Shown here one piece after another: positions 25,151 to 36,694 of a stretch of 64,000 nucleotides of DNA. Source of the stretch: Octopus sinensis (lineage: Eukaryota); NCBI RefSeq assembly GCF_006345805.1, contig NC_043000.1, positions 124,248,001 through 124,312,000 on the forward strand, written 5' to 3'. Within the stretch, counting starts at the first letter, position 1. Each line of letters starts with the position of its first letter. The position numbers and the translations under genes were made by a program. Under the pieces are notes generated by a model. The model had not been told where the DNA came from. It saw nothing but the letters and a program-made list of their open reading frames with translations, and ran no database searches.

Positions 25151-26299
25151 GCCCTGAAATCTTTTATAATATCTAACAATCAAATTCTTGTAAGAAAGTC
25201 TGTATAAACATAAACCACCCAATATAAAAAGGACAGCAGAGAAGCCAAAAATATTTCACATCCCGCAGATGAGGCTGCAATAGACTGGAAACATTGATAA
25301 CAATGAATTTGGGAACTTTATTGTTCCAAATGATTTATAAGGATCACTAAGAAGATATGAGTAAACTTCAATGAAAAAAAAAAAAAAAATTAGAACAGAG
25401 TTGTGTTTTTAATACCACACAGTGGAAAGAAAAGCTGGTCTCCATGTGTGTGCGTGCAGCCAAAAGAAAATGTGTTATTCAAAATGTAACAAATGGTTTA
25501 CTGAAACTGTACATTTGAAAATAAAAACCAACAATGGCTATAATATGCCAGATGAATTCAGAACAGATTCTTAGAAGTTAAAAATGGAAAGCAGGCGTTA
25601 AATGACGATGATGAAGATGATTAAAATTACAATTAGTACAAGTTTTGTTTTTCTCCTGTAGTTGTTATCATTTATTTTATATAATTTCCTTACATCCTTA
25701 ATTGATCATTAATTAGAAAGGAATCTGTAATTATAACCAGAGACATTTCTGAGAGACAATCTGCTGCAAGCCAGTGGTCAGTCCTTTGGACAGAACAGAA
25801 ACCAGTCAGGAAGCAGACAACACAGTAGTGAAAGAATAGTGGATAGAGCCAGGGCTCTAAGAGATAGGATGATATAAAAAGGAGCAATGTTTGGAAGTAA
25901 GGCAGGAAGCAAGATATCAGGTTGTCTAACAAGGAGAGAAGTTGAGAGCAGATTTCTTAATATTCTGAGCTATGAAGAAGAGAGGTGTGAGGTGGTTTCA
26001 GTCACAAGGCAGTGTGTTGGTATGAATGAGGATATCATTTAGGTGAAGTGGTATGTAATGACATTAGGGTATCTCAGTGATAATGAGCACAAAAAAAAAA
26101 AGGATGGAAATGTTAATATGAGTAGGCTGATGATGGACTAGTGGAAGTAAAATGAATGTAGGGGTCAGCAATCATTGTTCATTTTAGAAGCAATGTAAAA
26201 GATACAAGTAAGGAAACTAGCACAATCTGTCTCAAATAGCTGGTACCTCAGTGGATATAGGCTATAGCAAGTTACCACTTATATCAGCAACCACTACCA

Positions 26300-27660
26300 T
26301 GTATATTACAACTGTTCTCTATCCTCAGCAACAAATCTCTCATCTTCTATCTCTAATAAAACTCTGCTGTTTAAGTCTATATTCCAGCTTCATTGTGTCT
26401 GCACTTATGTAACATCTACTCTCTACACCACCCACCTTTCTCACTTGGATATCAACAACAAAGGCTTCTCGTGTAGTCTATCTTCTCCATTCCTCTAAAT
26501 ACATCAGGTATCTCTATCACTCTCTGAACTCCTCCAACCAACAACACTATTTATTTTGTATTGAGGACATCTCTCTCTCTCTCAAGTCATCTGTTTAAGC
26601 TGCTTTCCTATGAGTTCCACTCACATTGAAGCAGCTCTGTAGCAACATGCATTGATAGAGCTCTCTCTGAACCACAATCTATTAACTTTGGTGTACCCCA
26701 GGGTTCTATTTTGTTTCTCACACTCATCTCTCTGCACATTAACAGCCTATTAATCTATTTCTTGTCACATTCTCATACAGATATTACAACCCTTCACTCC
26801 TCCTTGACCTTCAAGCACAAAGGTGTTATCCACAAGCAACCTACACTACCTCCATGAACAGATTGAACCTTGAAAATATCTTTCAATAGCGGACATTCAA
26901 ACCTTCAACAACATAAAATCACAATTATGGTACATATTGAGTAGACAGTTGTGTCATACCCTCTCTATACAAACAGCACACAATTAACTCTTTAGCATTT
27001 AGGTTACTCAGTCAAATGTAATGCTTATTTATTCACATTGTTTAGAATTCATGTATTATCTCATAGCTTCAAGATTTTAATGATGAGATGGTTTATTTTT
27101 TGAATGTCATTGTAGGGTAGGTGTGAGATGCCAGATCTGGCCAGTTTGAACATAAAGCATAAAATATTTGGGCTGGATATGGCCTGTTTTAATATTAAAA
27201 GATTAAAGCTCTTGAACTCAATGCCAATGTTGTCTCACATTCTCTGATAGTGTCTTGTAATGACTTCCCCACCCCTAACATTGCCAAACCTCAACCCAAA
27301 GACTAGGTAACCCCTTCAGAACCAAAAAACATCAGTTGTTGACCCTCTTCAAAGCTCAAGTATAACTGATATTAAAGTGCTCCTACCATATCTACAACAG
27401 TGTTGCTATATGGCTGAATGGCAGAGGTCTGTTCACTTATATACTTACAAACTCTTTCTAACTTATTTCCATCTCTTCTAAAGTCAAAACAACAGCTACT
27501 ACAAATGACCAGTGTCTTTCTAAACTTGCTACTTGCATATCCATTTAAATCAGGACCACTGGAATTCCCTCCCCAATCTATATATATTTTTTTAAATCTG
27601 CAGATGTTGACTTCAAGATTAATCACCATTAATCTTACAAGTCTTGGAAGATTAATCTTA
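26300..27660 (+). mobile_element. Old CR1/L2-group LINE fragment (RT and C-terminus), interrupted by a piggyBac MITE
   Basis: LDINNKGF, INFGVPQGSILFLTLISLHINSL (26681-26749) and WNSLP (about 27560). Confidence 0.65.
26988..27202. mobile_element. piggyBac-type MITE family 2, 215 bp, nested in a CR1 fragment
   Basis: TTAA|CTCTTTAGCATTT ... aatattaaaaga|TTAA. Homologous to 5110-5290 and 40194-40879. Confidence 0.7.
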
Positions 27661-27899
27661 CCAGTCTTGGGATCATGCATAGACTAGACACAACCTTCCT
27701 ACTACTCAGACTAATTTGAAAATTAATTTATTATCATAATTAAAAAACAGAAGAATCTTCCTTTAGTAGACTTCTCAAGATGCAAAATAGCTTTGATTTT
27801 GGATCTTGAACTGCTTGCAGTTATGTTAGTGAATCAGAAAGTTTGTTCTTGTAGTTTTATTATCTTCAACGTACTTGAGAGTTGTATAAGTATTATACA

Positions 27900-28700
27900 A
27901 ATATTATATCTGAATAATTAACCTCAATGATTTATTTTTTAAATATGCTAATGTTTCAAACCTCCTCACATATAATAGTGTACATCCACTTAGTGATTCT
28001 CTCAGCACTACTCTAGCAAGAACAGCGCAGTGTACAAATTGTGAATGTCTAACATGACCAAAACATCAGATTTCTTCCTTGTACTTACCAAAATGACTAA
28101 AACACTATTAGTCATTGAGCTAATGTTGTCTTTTCCTTACCACATAATTATTCCTTCTTAGCTTTTCGATACTTACAGCAGTAAGTATGTTAGCTTTTAC
28201 ATAGGTATATACGAATTGCTTTGGTCTCGGTTATAAAAATTTTGCAACTATTGAAATACAGGTGAACAAGGATATATCTTGTCTAATACAGCTGTTGCAA
28301 CACTACTGAACTTGTCTTTATAAAAAATTGTATCAGAAATATCTCTTAACACAATTTTCAAGACCATAGAGTTTGTTTTGCAGTTTTAATTTTATTAAGA
28401 TTCCAATGTAATATTGGGTTTACTATGTAACTGAAGTGAAGTTGATGGAATTTCATTATCTGCATTTCCTTACAAGCTCATATCTGCAACTTCAACAAGA
28501 GGGAAAACTCACAGACCAATAATTCTAATATTTTTTAGTTTAATCTAATTGTTGACATATAGGATTAAAGATTCAGCAAGAATTGGGTTTCAGTTTTGTA
28601 ATATTTTGTAAAGTCATTTTAACATTTCTTTCTTTTTGAAAATTCATCCTGTCATGTCCAACCAGCCATATTTATTACAAATCCTTGATTATGATCTGTA
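27900..28700 (-). mobile_element. Possible decayed hAT transposase C-terminal fragment
   Basis: Reverse strand IYLCKS*...KYRK resembles the hAT TYLCE..FS...KYR motif; frames are broken. Confidence 0.25.
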
Positions 28701-29354
28701 TCTATTAGCTTCAGACATTATGTAAGAGCTGTTTCATATATATATATATATATATATATAATACAATCATAGTTCAACTTTGATCGCTCTGCTCTCACCC
28801 ACATACACAGCAAAGATATTTGCAGTTTTCTTAAGTTGTAAAAATGTTTGCTTTATATTATTGAAATAAAATCTTTTGACAAAATGCATTAACAAATTTT
28901 CTTATTTTCAGCAATCCTATATGTATTTATTAAATATTCAGTAAAATTAAGAAAAAATAAGATGTATGCTTTCATAAAACGTGTGACCTATAAACTAGTT
29001 AAATCCAATTTAATTGAAATTGGTCAGTGGTATGGTTTCATAATAAGCAAAAACAAGGCCTGACAGTTCATATAAATAAATAACTATAAATATGTTAAAA
29101 CAGCAATTGTAAAATTGAGTGGGAAGGTCAACAATTATACAATAAGAAATGCAAACATTTATTGTCACCAGTTATCACCAAGGTCACTTTACTTTTTATT
29201 ATTTAATGTTGCTGCAGTCTTATCTCTCCAGAAAGGAGGAGTTAAATTTCTAAAAAATCTTTTTATCAGTGATTCTTTTAATTATCAACAAACATTTCAA
29301 AGAAACACTTTTCCAAAGGCATTTGCATAAGCATAAAAATGAATGACAAAACAA

Positions 29355-29552
29355 AATGTGATGCAGATGAATGAGGACAGCTGTATAAAGAAGTGCTGAT
29401 CGTTAAATGTGGAAGGAGCACATGGAAGAGGGAGACCAAGGAAGCTGCGAGACGAAGTGAAGACTGATCTCAAGGTGTTGAGCCTCTCAGAGATGATGGG
29501 GGCCCAAGATGAATGGTGTTATGCTGTGTTTAAGAAGACATGTCCATCTTAG
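29355..29552 (+). mobile_element. RTE LINE ORF2 C-terminal fragment
   Basis: Translates as VMQMNEDSCIKKC*SLNVEGAHGRGRPRK...DEWCYAVFKKTCPS*, a typical RTE C-terminus. Confidence 0.8.
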
Positions 29553-30859
29553 CAGAATTGAGGCTCTGCCAAGTCTTCTGCCACAACTCATCTTTTGTTT
29601 TGTTTTCACTTCTCGCTACACTGAACTGATATCCTCTACATCCAACTCATTTCCTATCTCTAACCATCTGTCACACTATTTTCACTTACTGCACTTTCTA
29701 TTCTATCTCATATTCATGTTGTATCTGGACCTCACTCTCACTTTCCAGGTGGGCAGGCTACGTAGTCACCTCTTCAACAAGACACCCACTCCCCTCCCTC
29801 TATCATAAGTTTCTTATTTTGCCAGTATAAACTCTGCTCAGTTGAGGGGTTTTATCTTGTAGGTATTTGGTGGCTCCACTGGTGCTAATGCTACATAAAA
29901 AGCACCCAGTACACACTGTTAAATGGCTGGCGTTAGGGAGGGCTTTCAGCTGTAGAAAAACCATCCAACCCTTATCAGCATGGAAAAAGGGCTATGATGT
30001 GCTGGGGGGGGGGGTGATTTAAAATATTTTTTTAGTGTAGGGTGATTCAAAATATTTAAAATATTTTATTTCTCTCATGCTAACATATTTATAGATATTT
30101 TTTGCAAAATTGTATATCTGCACATGGATTTCAGGTTTCTTTTTACATCCAGTCCCCATGCTTGCACGAGTAAGGTAGTTTTCAAAAATATTTGCTTATT
30201 TCTAAATCCATTGGTATAATTGTTTTAGATGTAGAAGCTCTAATCCATGGAATTGGAATGGAATCAGAGTAAAGCTGGGATGAAAAACAATTACAAACAC
30301 AAAATAATAGTTCTAGTGAGAAATGAACACATCAGACCATGCGATCAAAATCCCAGCATCTTAAACTCATAGCACTAGGCTTCAAAATTTATATCTTAGC
30401 TAGCACAGATTAAATCTTCTAGTCAGTGGATACAAGATACTGATGGTGAGGTACATGTCATTCACCACTCAATCAACAGGTAAAGATACTATTGATTTAG
30501 TCATCTAGGATATATATAAGTACGTTGGTACTGTGTAAAAAGCACCCAGTACACTCTGTAAAGTGGTTGGTGTTAGGAAGGGCATCCAGCTGTAGAAACA
30601 CTGCCAGATCAGACTGGAACCTGGTGCAGCCTCATGGCTTCCTAGAATCCCCAGTCGAACTGTCCAACCCATGCTAGCATGGAAAATGGACGTTAAATGA
30701 TGATGATTTGATATATATATATAAATACATATATATATATATATATGTATATATATTAGAAACTCACTTTCCAAGTTTAAGGATTCTTGTCCTATTAAGG
30801 TCCATATATATATATATAGGGAGAAGCATCCCTGCCTTCCTGACCTAGTTTTCCACCAC

Positions 30860-31110
30860 ATTTTTTAAAAGTCATAGTAGAGGCCTTGGTCTTGGGACCG
30901 CTCATATCTAGAAACTGGGGGTAAGCAAGGGCAAGCTCCCCATAGAAAATCAAGCTCCAAAAAAGCCACAAGATAGCAAAGGAGAATGGGTACCAGCCAG
31001 TCTAAATGTTGGGGTGGGCTGAACTTGCCTACCTCAGTTGCTATGGCATTGAGATAAATTTGACCACCCCCATTAACGGAGACAAAACCCGGATTTAAAA
31101 TGATGATGAT
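30860..31110 (+). mobile_element. Unclassified GC-richer retroposon 3' fragment with (GAT)n tail
   Basis: Ends ggagacaaaacccggatttaaaatgatgatgat. Confidence 0.4.
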
Positions 31111-33469
31111 AAATATATCATCATTTTTTTAAATGCAAGAATCAGACATATTTAAAATACAGCAACCCTCAAGTCATTACAAACTCTAACATTTACTGAA
31201 ACAATGCAATATATGTGACTCAGCATATTTTAATGTTTCTGATTGCAATGTTTTGGTCTGAGATTTTTACTGTTGGATTCTTTTTTGCATCATCGACAAC
31301 TGAGACAATGAAGGAAAGTGTATTCATAATGACACTAGCACTAGTCTTATGAAGGCCAGGCATTATTTATCCCATTATCTGTTAGCTTGAACTATCATGA
31401 GCAAAACAAAGGAAAATATTTGATGTGGACACCAACAGTAGAAAACCCACTTTCCAAGTTTGAGGACTCCTCTGTCCTATTAAGGTCTATGACTATATGA
31501 GCGAAACAAAATGGATACCTTGAGAGAAATATACATTCTTATCAAATGAAAACTGCAATCTTATCAGTGACCTATGTTACATCAAAAGGTTACAGAAAGC
31601 ATCAAACGAGGACTATAGGACAAGCAATGGTAAATATAACAGAAACTTGTACGTAATGAGTCTACTTAACCTCAATTTTACTAAAGCACAAATTCTAACA
31701 GTATGTGTTATAATTCAAGTCTTAAGTCAAGAGCAGCAACAATTACATACATTAAATACGTAACAAAAACAAGACAAAATACAATATAATCTAATTACTA
31801 ATATACCAACACAGCATGAACAGTTTTTTTTAATTTTTAAATAAGTATACTGAAGTTATATTTATACGTTTAAATGATTTATACATATATACTTCTCTCT
31901 ACTAAACTGATTTTTTAATGTTTTAAAACTATTAAATGGTAATAGCCTGGTCCCTAGGGAATCAATGTTTAAATGTAAATAAAATAAAACAATGTTCTGC
32001 AAAAGAAATTTCAATTCCAGCAAATTGTTCCCTATTGTAGTTGGTTTCATGACAGGAAGAGTTAAAAAAACAGAAAAAAGAAAAGAGAAAAACAAATTCC
32101 TTTTGGTATAACCATAGTATTTAAATTTATTTTTGGAACATATTTGCATAGAATCAGCAAGATTAATCAATAAAGTCTACATTAACAATACACATGGACA
32201 TTACTTGTCTCAATATCCATCAGAAGCATATCATTTTTAAAGAAAAAAAAAATCTAACAATGTAAAAATAATTTAACAAATTTAACAGAATCTTTTAGTG
32301 TCTATCAGGGCTCTATTTCTGCATCTAAGTCTAGCAGAGAGTCTGTGACTTATAAGACATAATTCAATAAACTTCCACTGCATGGCACCTTGAGCAGGAG
32401 TCTTCTACTATGGCCTCAGGTTAACCAAAGCCTTGTGAGTGGTTTTGGTAGACAGAATCCGAAAGAAGCCCATCGCGTGTGTGTGTCCCACACTGCTTCA
32501 TAACTGGTGTTAGTGTTTATGCCCCTGTAACTTTGCAGTTCAACAAAAGCAACTGATACAATAAGTATCAGGTTTAAGAAAGGAACTGGTGTCCATTCAT
32601 TCGACTAAAAATTAAAGGAGGTGCCACAGCATGGCCGCGACACGGGACCAAAACAAGTAAAAAGATGAAAGGTATATTGCTATCTTAACGAAAGTTTGCT
32701 TTGCACATCTTTTGATACAACTGAAGGCTTTATTTAGGGTAGGTTTTAAACCTCTCCTTCAGTCCTTTACCAAACTGGATATAGAATGTCTCTCTGCTTC
32801 TCAGAAAAGACTCACAAATATTTGAGCCAACAATTATGAATGTGCTATGTATAAAAAAATTCGTATAAAATTTTTTCCAGATAGACTTGTCCACCTGCAG
32901 AAAATGTTTGTCACCTTTATTGTGCAGGAACTGAGTTAACTCGGTTTTGATAGTGGGGTAATTTCTAGAGTTCTCCATATTTCATGGCATAGTATTTTAT
33001 TTTTATTGGCCAATTCTATCAAATTAATTCAGTATCAACATGTTAGTAAAGCAATATTTCATCAGTTCATTGAGGCTGAAGGTAGCATAGATTTCCCAGA
33101 AGGATTTCAGACAAGCAAAAATGATGGTTTGCAACGTTTAAATAACAATTTCCTATAAATAAATATAGGGGCCTGACTGGCTGCTATCATTTTGTGTCAG
33201 TTGCCATCAAGACCTCAAGAGTTTTCAGACCCCACATTACTGATTTCCTCAGCAAAGTCAAAATAACAGCAGCCCATCTGAGAAACGAGCCTTGTGAGGT
33301 GGAGTGGCTCCTGCAGTGAATATCACTGGCCATTCTCCACAGCAACACCATCAGGGTCATGATGACAGCAGGACACAGCTGAATACCCCATTTGTTCTGG
33401 GGTGGTCTATTGCCTCCTCTCCTTCCATCTGCAGCTTAACCTCACCACTTTTTTTTCTTTTTCCGTTCT

Positions 33470-33858
33470 CTTTTACTCTTTTAGTTGTTTCAGTCATTTG
33501 ACAGCGGCCATGCTGGAGCACTACCTTTAGTCGAGCAAATTGACCCGATGAGTTATTTTTGTAAGCTTAGAACTTATTCTATCGGTCTCTTTTGCCGAAC
33601 CGCTAAGTTACGGGGACGTAAACACACCAGCATCGGTTGTCAAGCGATGTTGGGGGGGACAAACACAGACACACAAATATATATATACATATATACAACG
33701 GGCTTCTTTCAGTTTCCGTCTACCAAATACACTCACAAGGCTTTGGTCGACCCGAGGCTATAGTAGAAGACACTTGCTCAAGGTGCCACGCAGTGGGACT
33801 GAACCCAGAACAATGTGGTTGGTAAACAAGCTACTTACCACACAGCCACTCCTGCACC
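33470..33858 (-). mobile_element. SINE family B, full length
   Basis: Closely matches 18781-19188; B-box GGTTCAGTCCC. Confidence 0.9.
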
Positions 33859-34690
33859 TATTTAAATATTTGTATTTAAATATTTATTTAAAATGTGTTT
33901 AGATGGTTCAAAATAAAGATTTTAAATTTCAAAAACAAAAAAAAAAACCCACACAACCTCTTATATTGGCACAAAGCCACAATTCATAGAAAAGAAGCAT
34001 ATATTGAATCAACTTGGGTGTTGACTGATACTTATTTGATCAAACCTGGAATGATACAGGACATAGAGGAAAACAGGATATAAACTAAATAAAATTTGGT
34101 TGCCACATTGCTCTTTCTGCCTTTGTGAGGTTTAAACAACGACCAACGATGTTTACTCATAGATAAGTTGCATCTCATTTTGCACAAAACTGTTATACAT
34201 AATACAAGATTTCTTAACTTCCTGTATAGGTCACATTCTGATATTTGTCATTGAAGTTATGTACTAAAAGTGAAACTTGTACAGGAGTTTTTACATTCTG
34301 AGTTCAAATCCCACCAAAGTCAACTTTGCCTTTCATCCTTTCAAGGTAAATAAAAGTACTAACCAAGTAAAGTACGGGGGGGGGGGGTCAATGTAATCAA
34401 ATTTCTCTCTCTCTAAAACTGCTGGCCTTGTGCCTATAGTAGAAAAGGATTATGGCACCTATAAGTGTAACTAGCTGGCATAAATGGTGGAATGATAGAA
34501 TAAATGTAGTATAGTATCATTTTCTTCCCCCAATACTTTGAGTTCAAATGAAGGTGGAGATTACAAAAACACAGCAGAATGTGGGACTAGATGTAACAAT
34601 CTAAGAGACTGACTTTTCCATGATTGAGAAAATAATTGCAGATAATGTACTGTGATTGACTCAATCAGCTATGTCCCTTGCCTGTATATA

Positions 34691-35124
34691 CAAGTCGTTG
34701 TCGACCTACGATCACAATTGGTTCCAACTGGTTGTAAGTCAATTTGGTTGTAAGTTGGCCTATAGGCCGACTTAGCTTTGTTTTATATTTTTACATTCTT
34801 AAGGTACATTCTCAGGTAAAAGTCACACACAACATTCTGTATTATACTATAATACTAGCATTAGTAAAAAATTTTGGAGTTTCAAGCAGTCATCATATAA
34901 ACAAATATGAGGTTGCCTTGATGTCTCCACAACAGGATAGTCATTCAACACAGGGGCGATCAATAACCAAATCTAGGGGAAGCATTTGTTAGTTGACATC
35001 ATCCATAGATGGGTTAATTTCTAAGAAATTAAACCCATTAGATTTCAACTGGATTATTTATTATTGCTACTGGGAGCTGGCGCGCCAATTGCTGTAAAGT
35101 CAATCGGTCGTAAGTCAACGACGA

Positions 35125-35128
<4 letters not shown>
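34691..35128. mobile_element. Tigger/pogo-like MITE, 438 bp
   Basis: TA flanks; 23-bp TIRs with consensus CAGGTCGTCGTCGACTTACGACC; internal GGTYGTAAGT repeats. Confidence 0.75.

Positions 35129-35189
<61 letters not shown>
35127..35189. repeat. (TA)n microsatellite of about 30 units; shorter (TA)n at 10453-10495 and 28736-28760
   Basis: Directly visible. Confidence 0.98.
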
Positions 35190-35192
<3 letters not shown>

Positions 35193-36694
35193 ACCTTGGA
35201 TGCCAAAATTAGAAATTAATATTTTGGGTTTAAAAAAAGCAGTTAGCTGGCAGAATCATTAGCATGCCAGGCAAAATGCTTTACAGCATTTCGTCTGACT
35301 TTACACCCTAAGTTCAAATTCTGCTGAGGTTGACTTTGCCTTTCATCCCTTTGGAGTTGATAAAATAATTACCAGTAGAGCACTGGGTTTAATATAATGA
35401 ACTATTTCCCTCCCCCAAAATTGCTGGCCTTGTGCCAACATTTGAAACCCATATTTTGGGTTCAAATCACACAAGTGTAAGATTTTCCTTTCATCTCTTC
35501 AAGATCAATAAGTACCAGTAACACAATGTTATTAATTTGACTGACTACACATTTGCTTATACAAAATGAGATCTTGTGCCAAGTCAAAGGAAGTATACTG
35601 TATTTAAATGGTTTTAGAAGCAATACGAAAGATTTCTGTCAGCAAAACTGGCAATTTCATCTTTAAAGTAATTGCTGTGAATTGTAAAAATTTGTGAATT
35701 TCAATATGTTATTATATTTTGTTCAGTGACTTTCTTCCAAAAAGCAAAAAAAAAAAAAAAAAATCCAGTAAAATGAGGTAGAATTAGCTTGAATGTTACA
35801 TTATAGAGGATATGTGATTAAACAAGTAGTTACATGAAAGTAAAGCTCACTGCTTTTGTTTTCTATATGCTGTAATTTAGATGGTATACCACATTACATC
35901 AATATCTTGTTTAGGAAATCATAACATTTACTAAATTTGAAACCTGTGTTTATGTTCACTTTTGTAAGCATTATATAGAAGGAACATCATTTTGATATGA
36001 TCTCTGAGAAAATTATTTCTCAGTTACTGCCTAAAATAAAGTGTTAGGTAAAATTATAATTTTTCATACTATACATCTTAAAAGTGTCTGCTATTTTGCA
36101 TATGTTCTCTACGATGATTTCTATTATAAGCACAAGATTTCTATCATAAGCACAAGGAGTACAGCCAATTTAACAGATTCCAGTACTTGATTGCTACTTT
36201 ATGTTATTGACCCCATAAAGATAAAGACCAAAGTTGATCCCAGCCATATCTGAACTCAGAACATATAGTTGTCCCTGGTATTAAACCTCTCCAAGATTAA
36301 TGACAAGATAAAATTAGACCCAGGCAGCTGGCTGTAAATATATCAGATATTACCTTTTACTGGTTTCATTCACGGGACTGCAGCCAAGCTGGGACATAGC
36401 CTAACCCCAGTACTTTTTAAAAATCTGTTACTAATTCTATTAGTCTCTTTTACTGAACTGTTAATGTATGAAGACACACAAAGCAACACTAATTGTCAAG
36501 AGAGGGGCTGGCTGAGCTCAGATTAATCAGATGATGTGAGCCTGAACAAGCCAGGTTTCTGTTAGAAGCCTGTGAAACTAAATTTCACGGAACCAAATCA
36601 AACTGTTTTAAATAATAATATATGTAACTCCTACTAAATGTGTGCCTCTTTCTTTTGTTTTCCACTCACCCATGTATATATATATATATATATG

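Noticed and set aside
32730-33470. GC-richer block with ORFs of 82 and 65 aa
   Set aside because: No recognisable motif, termini or second copy in the window; cannot be classified without a search.
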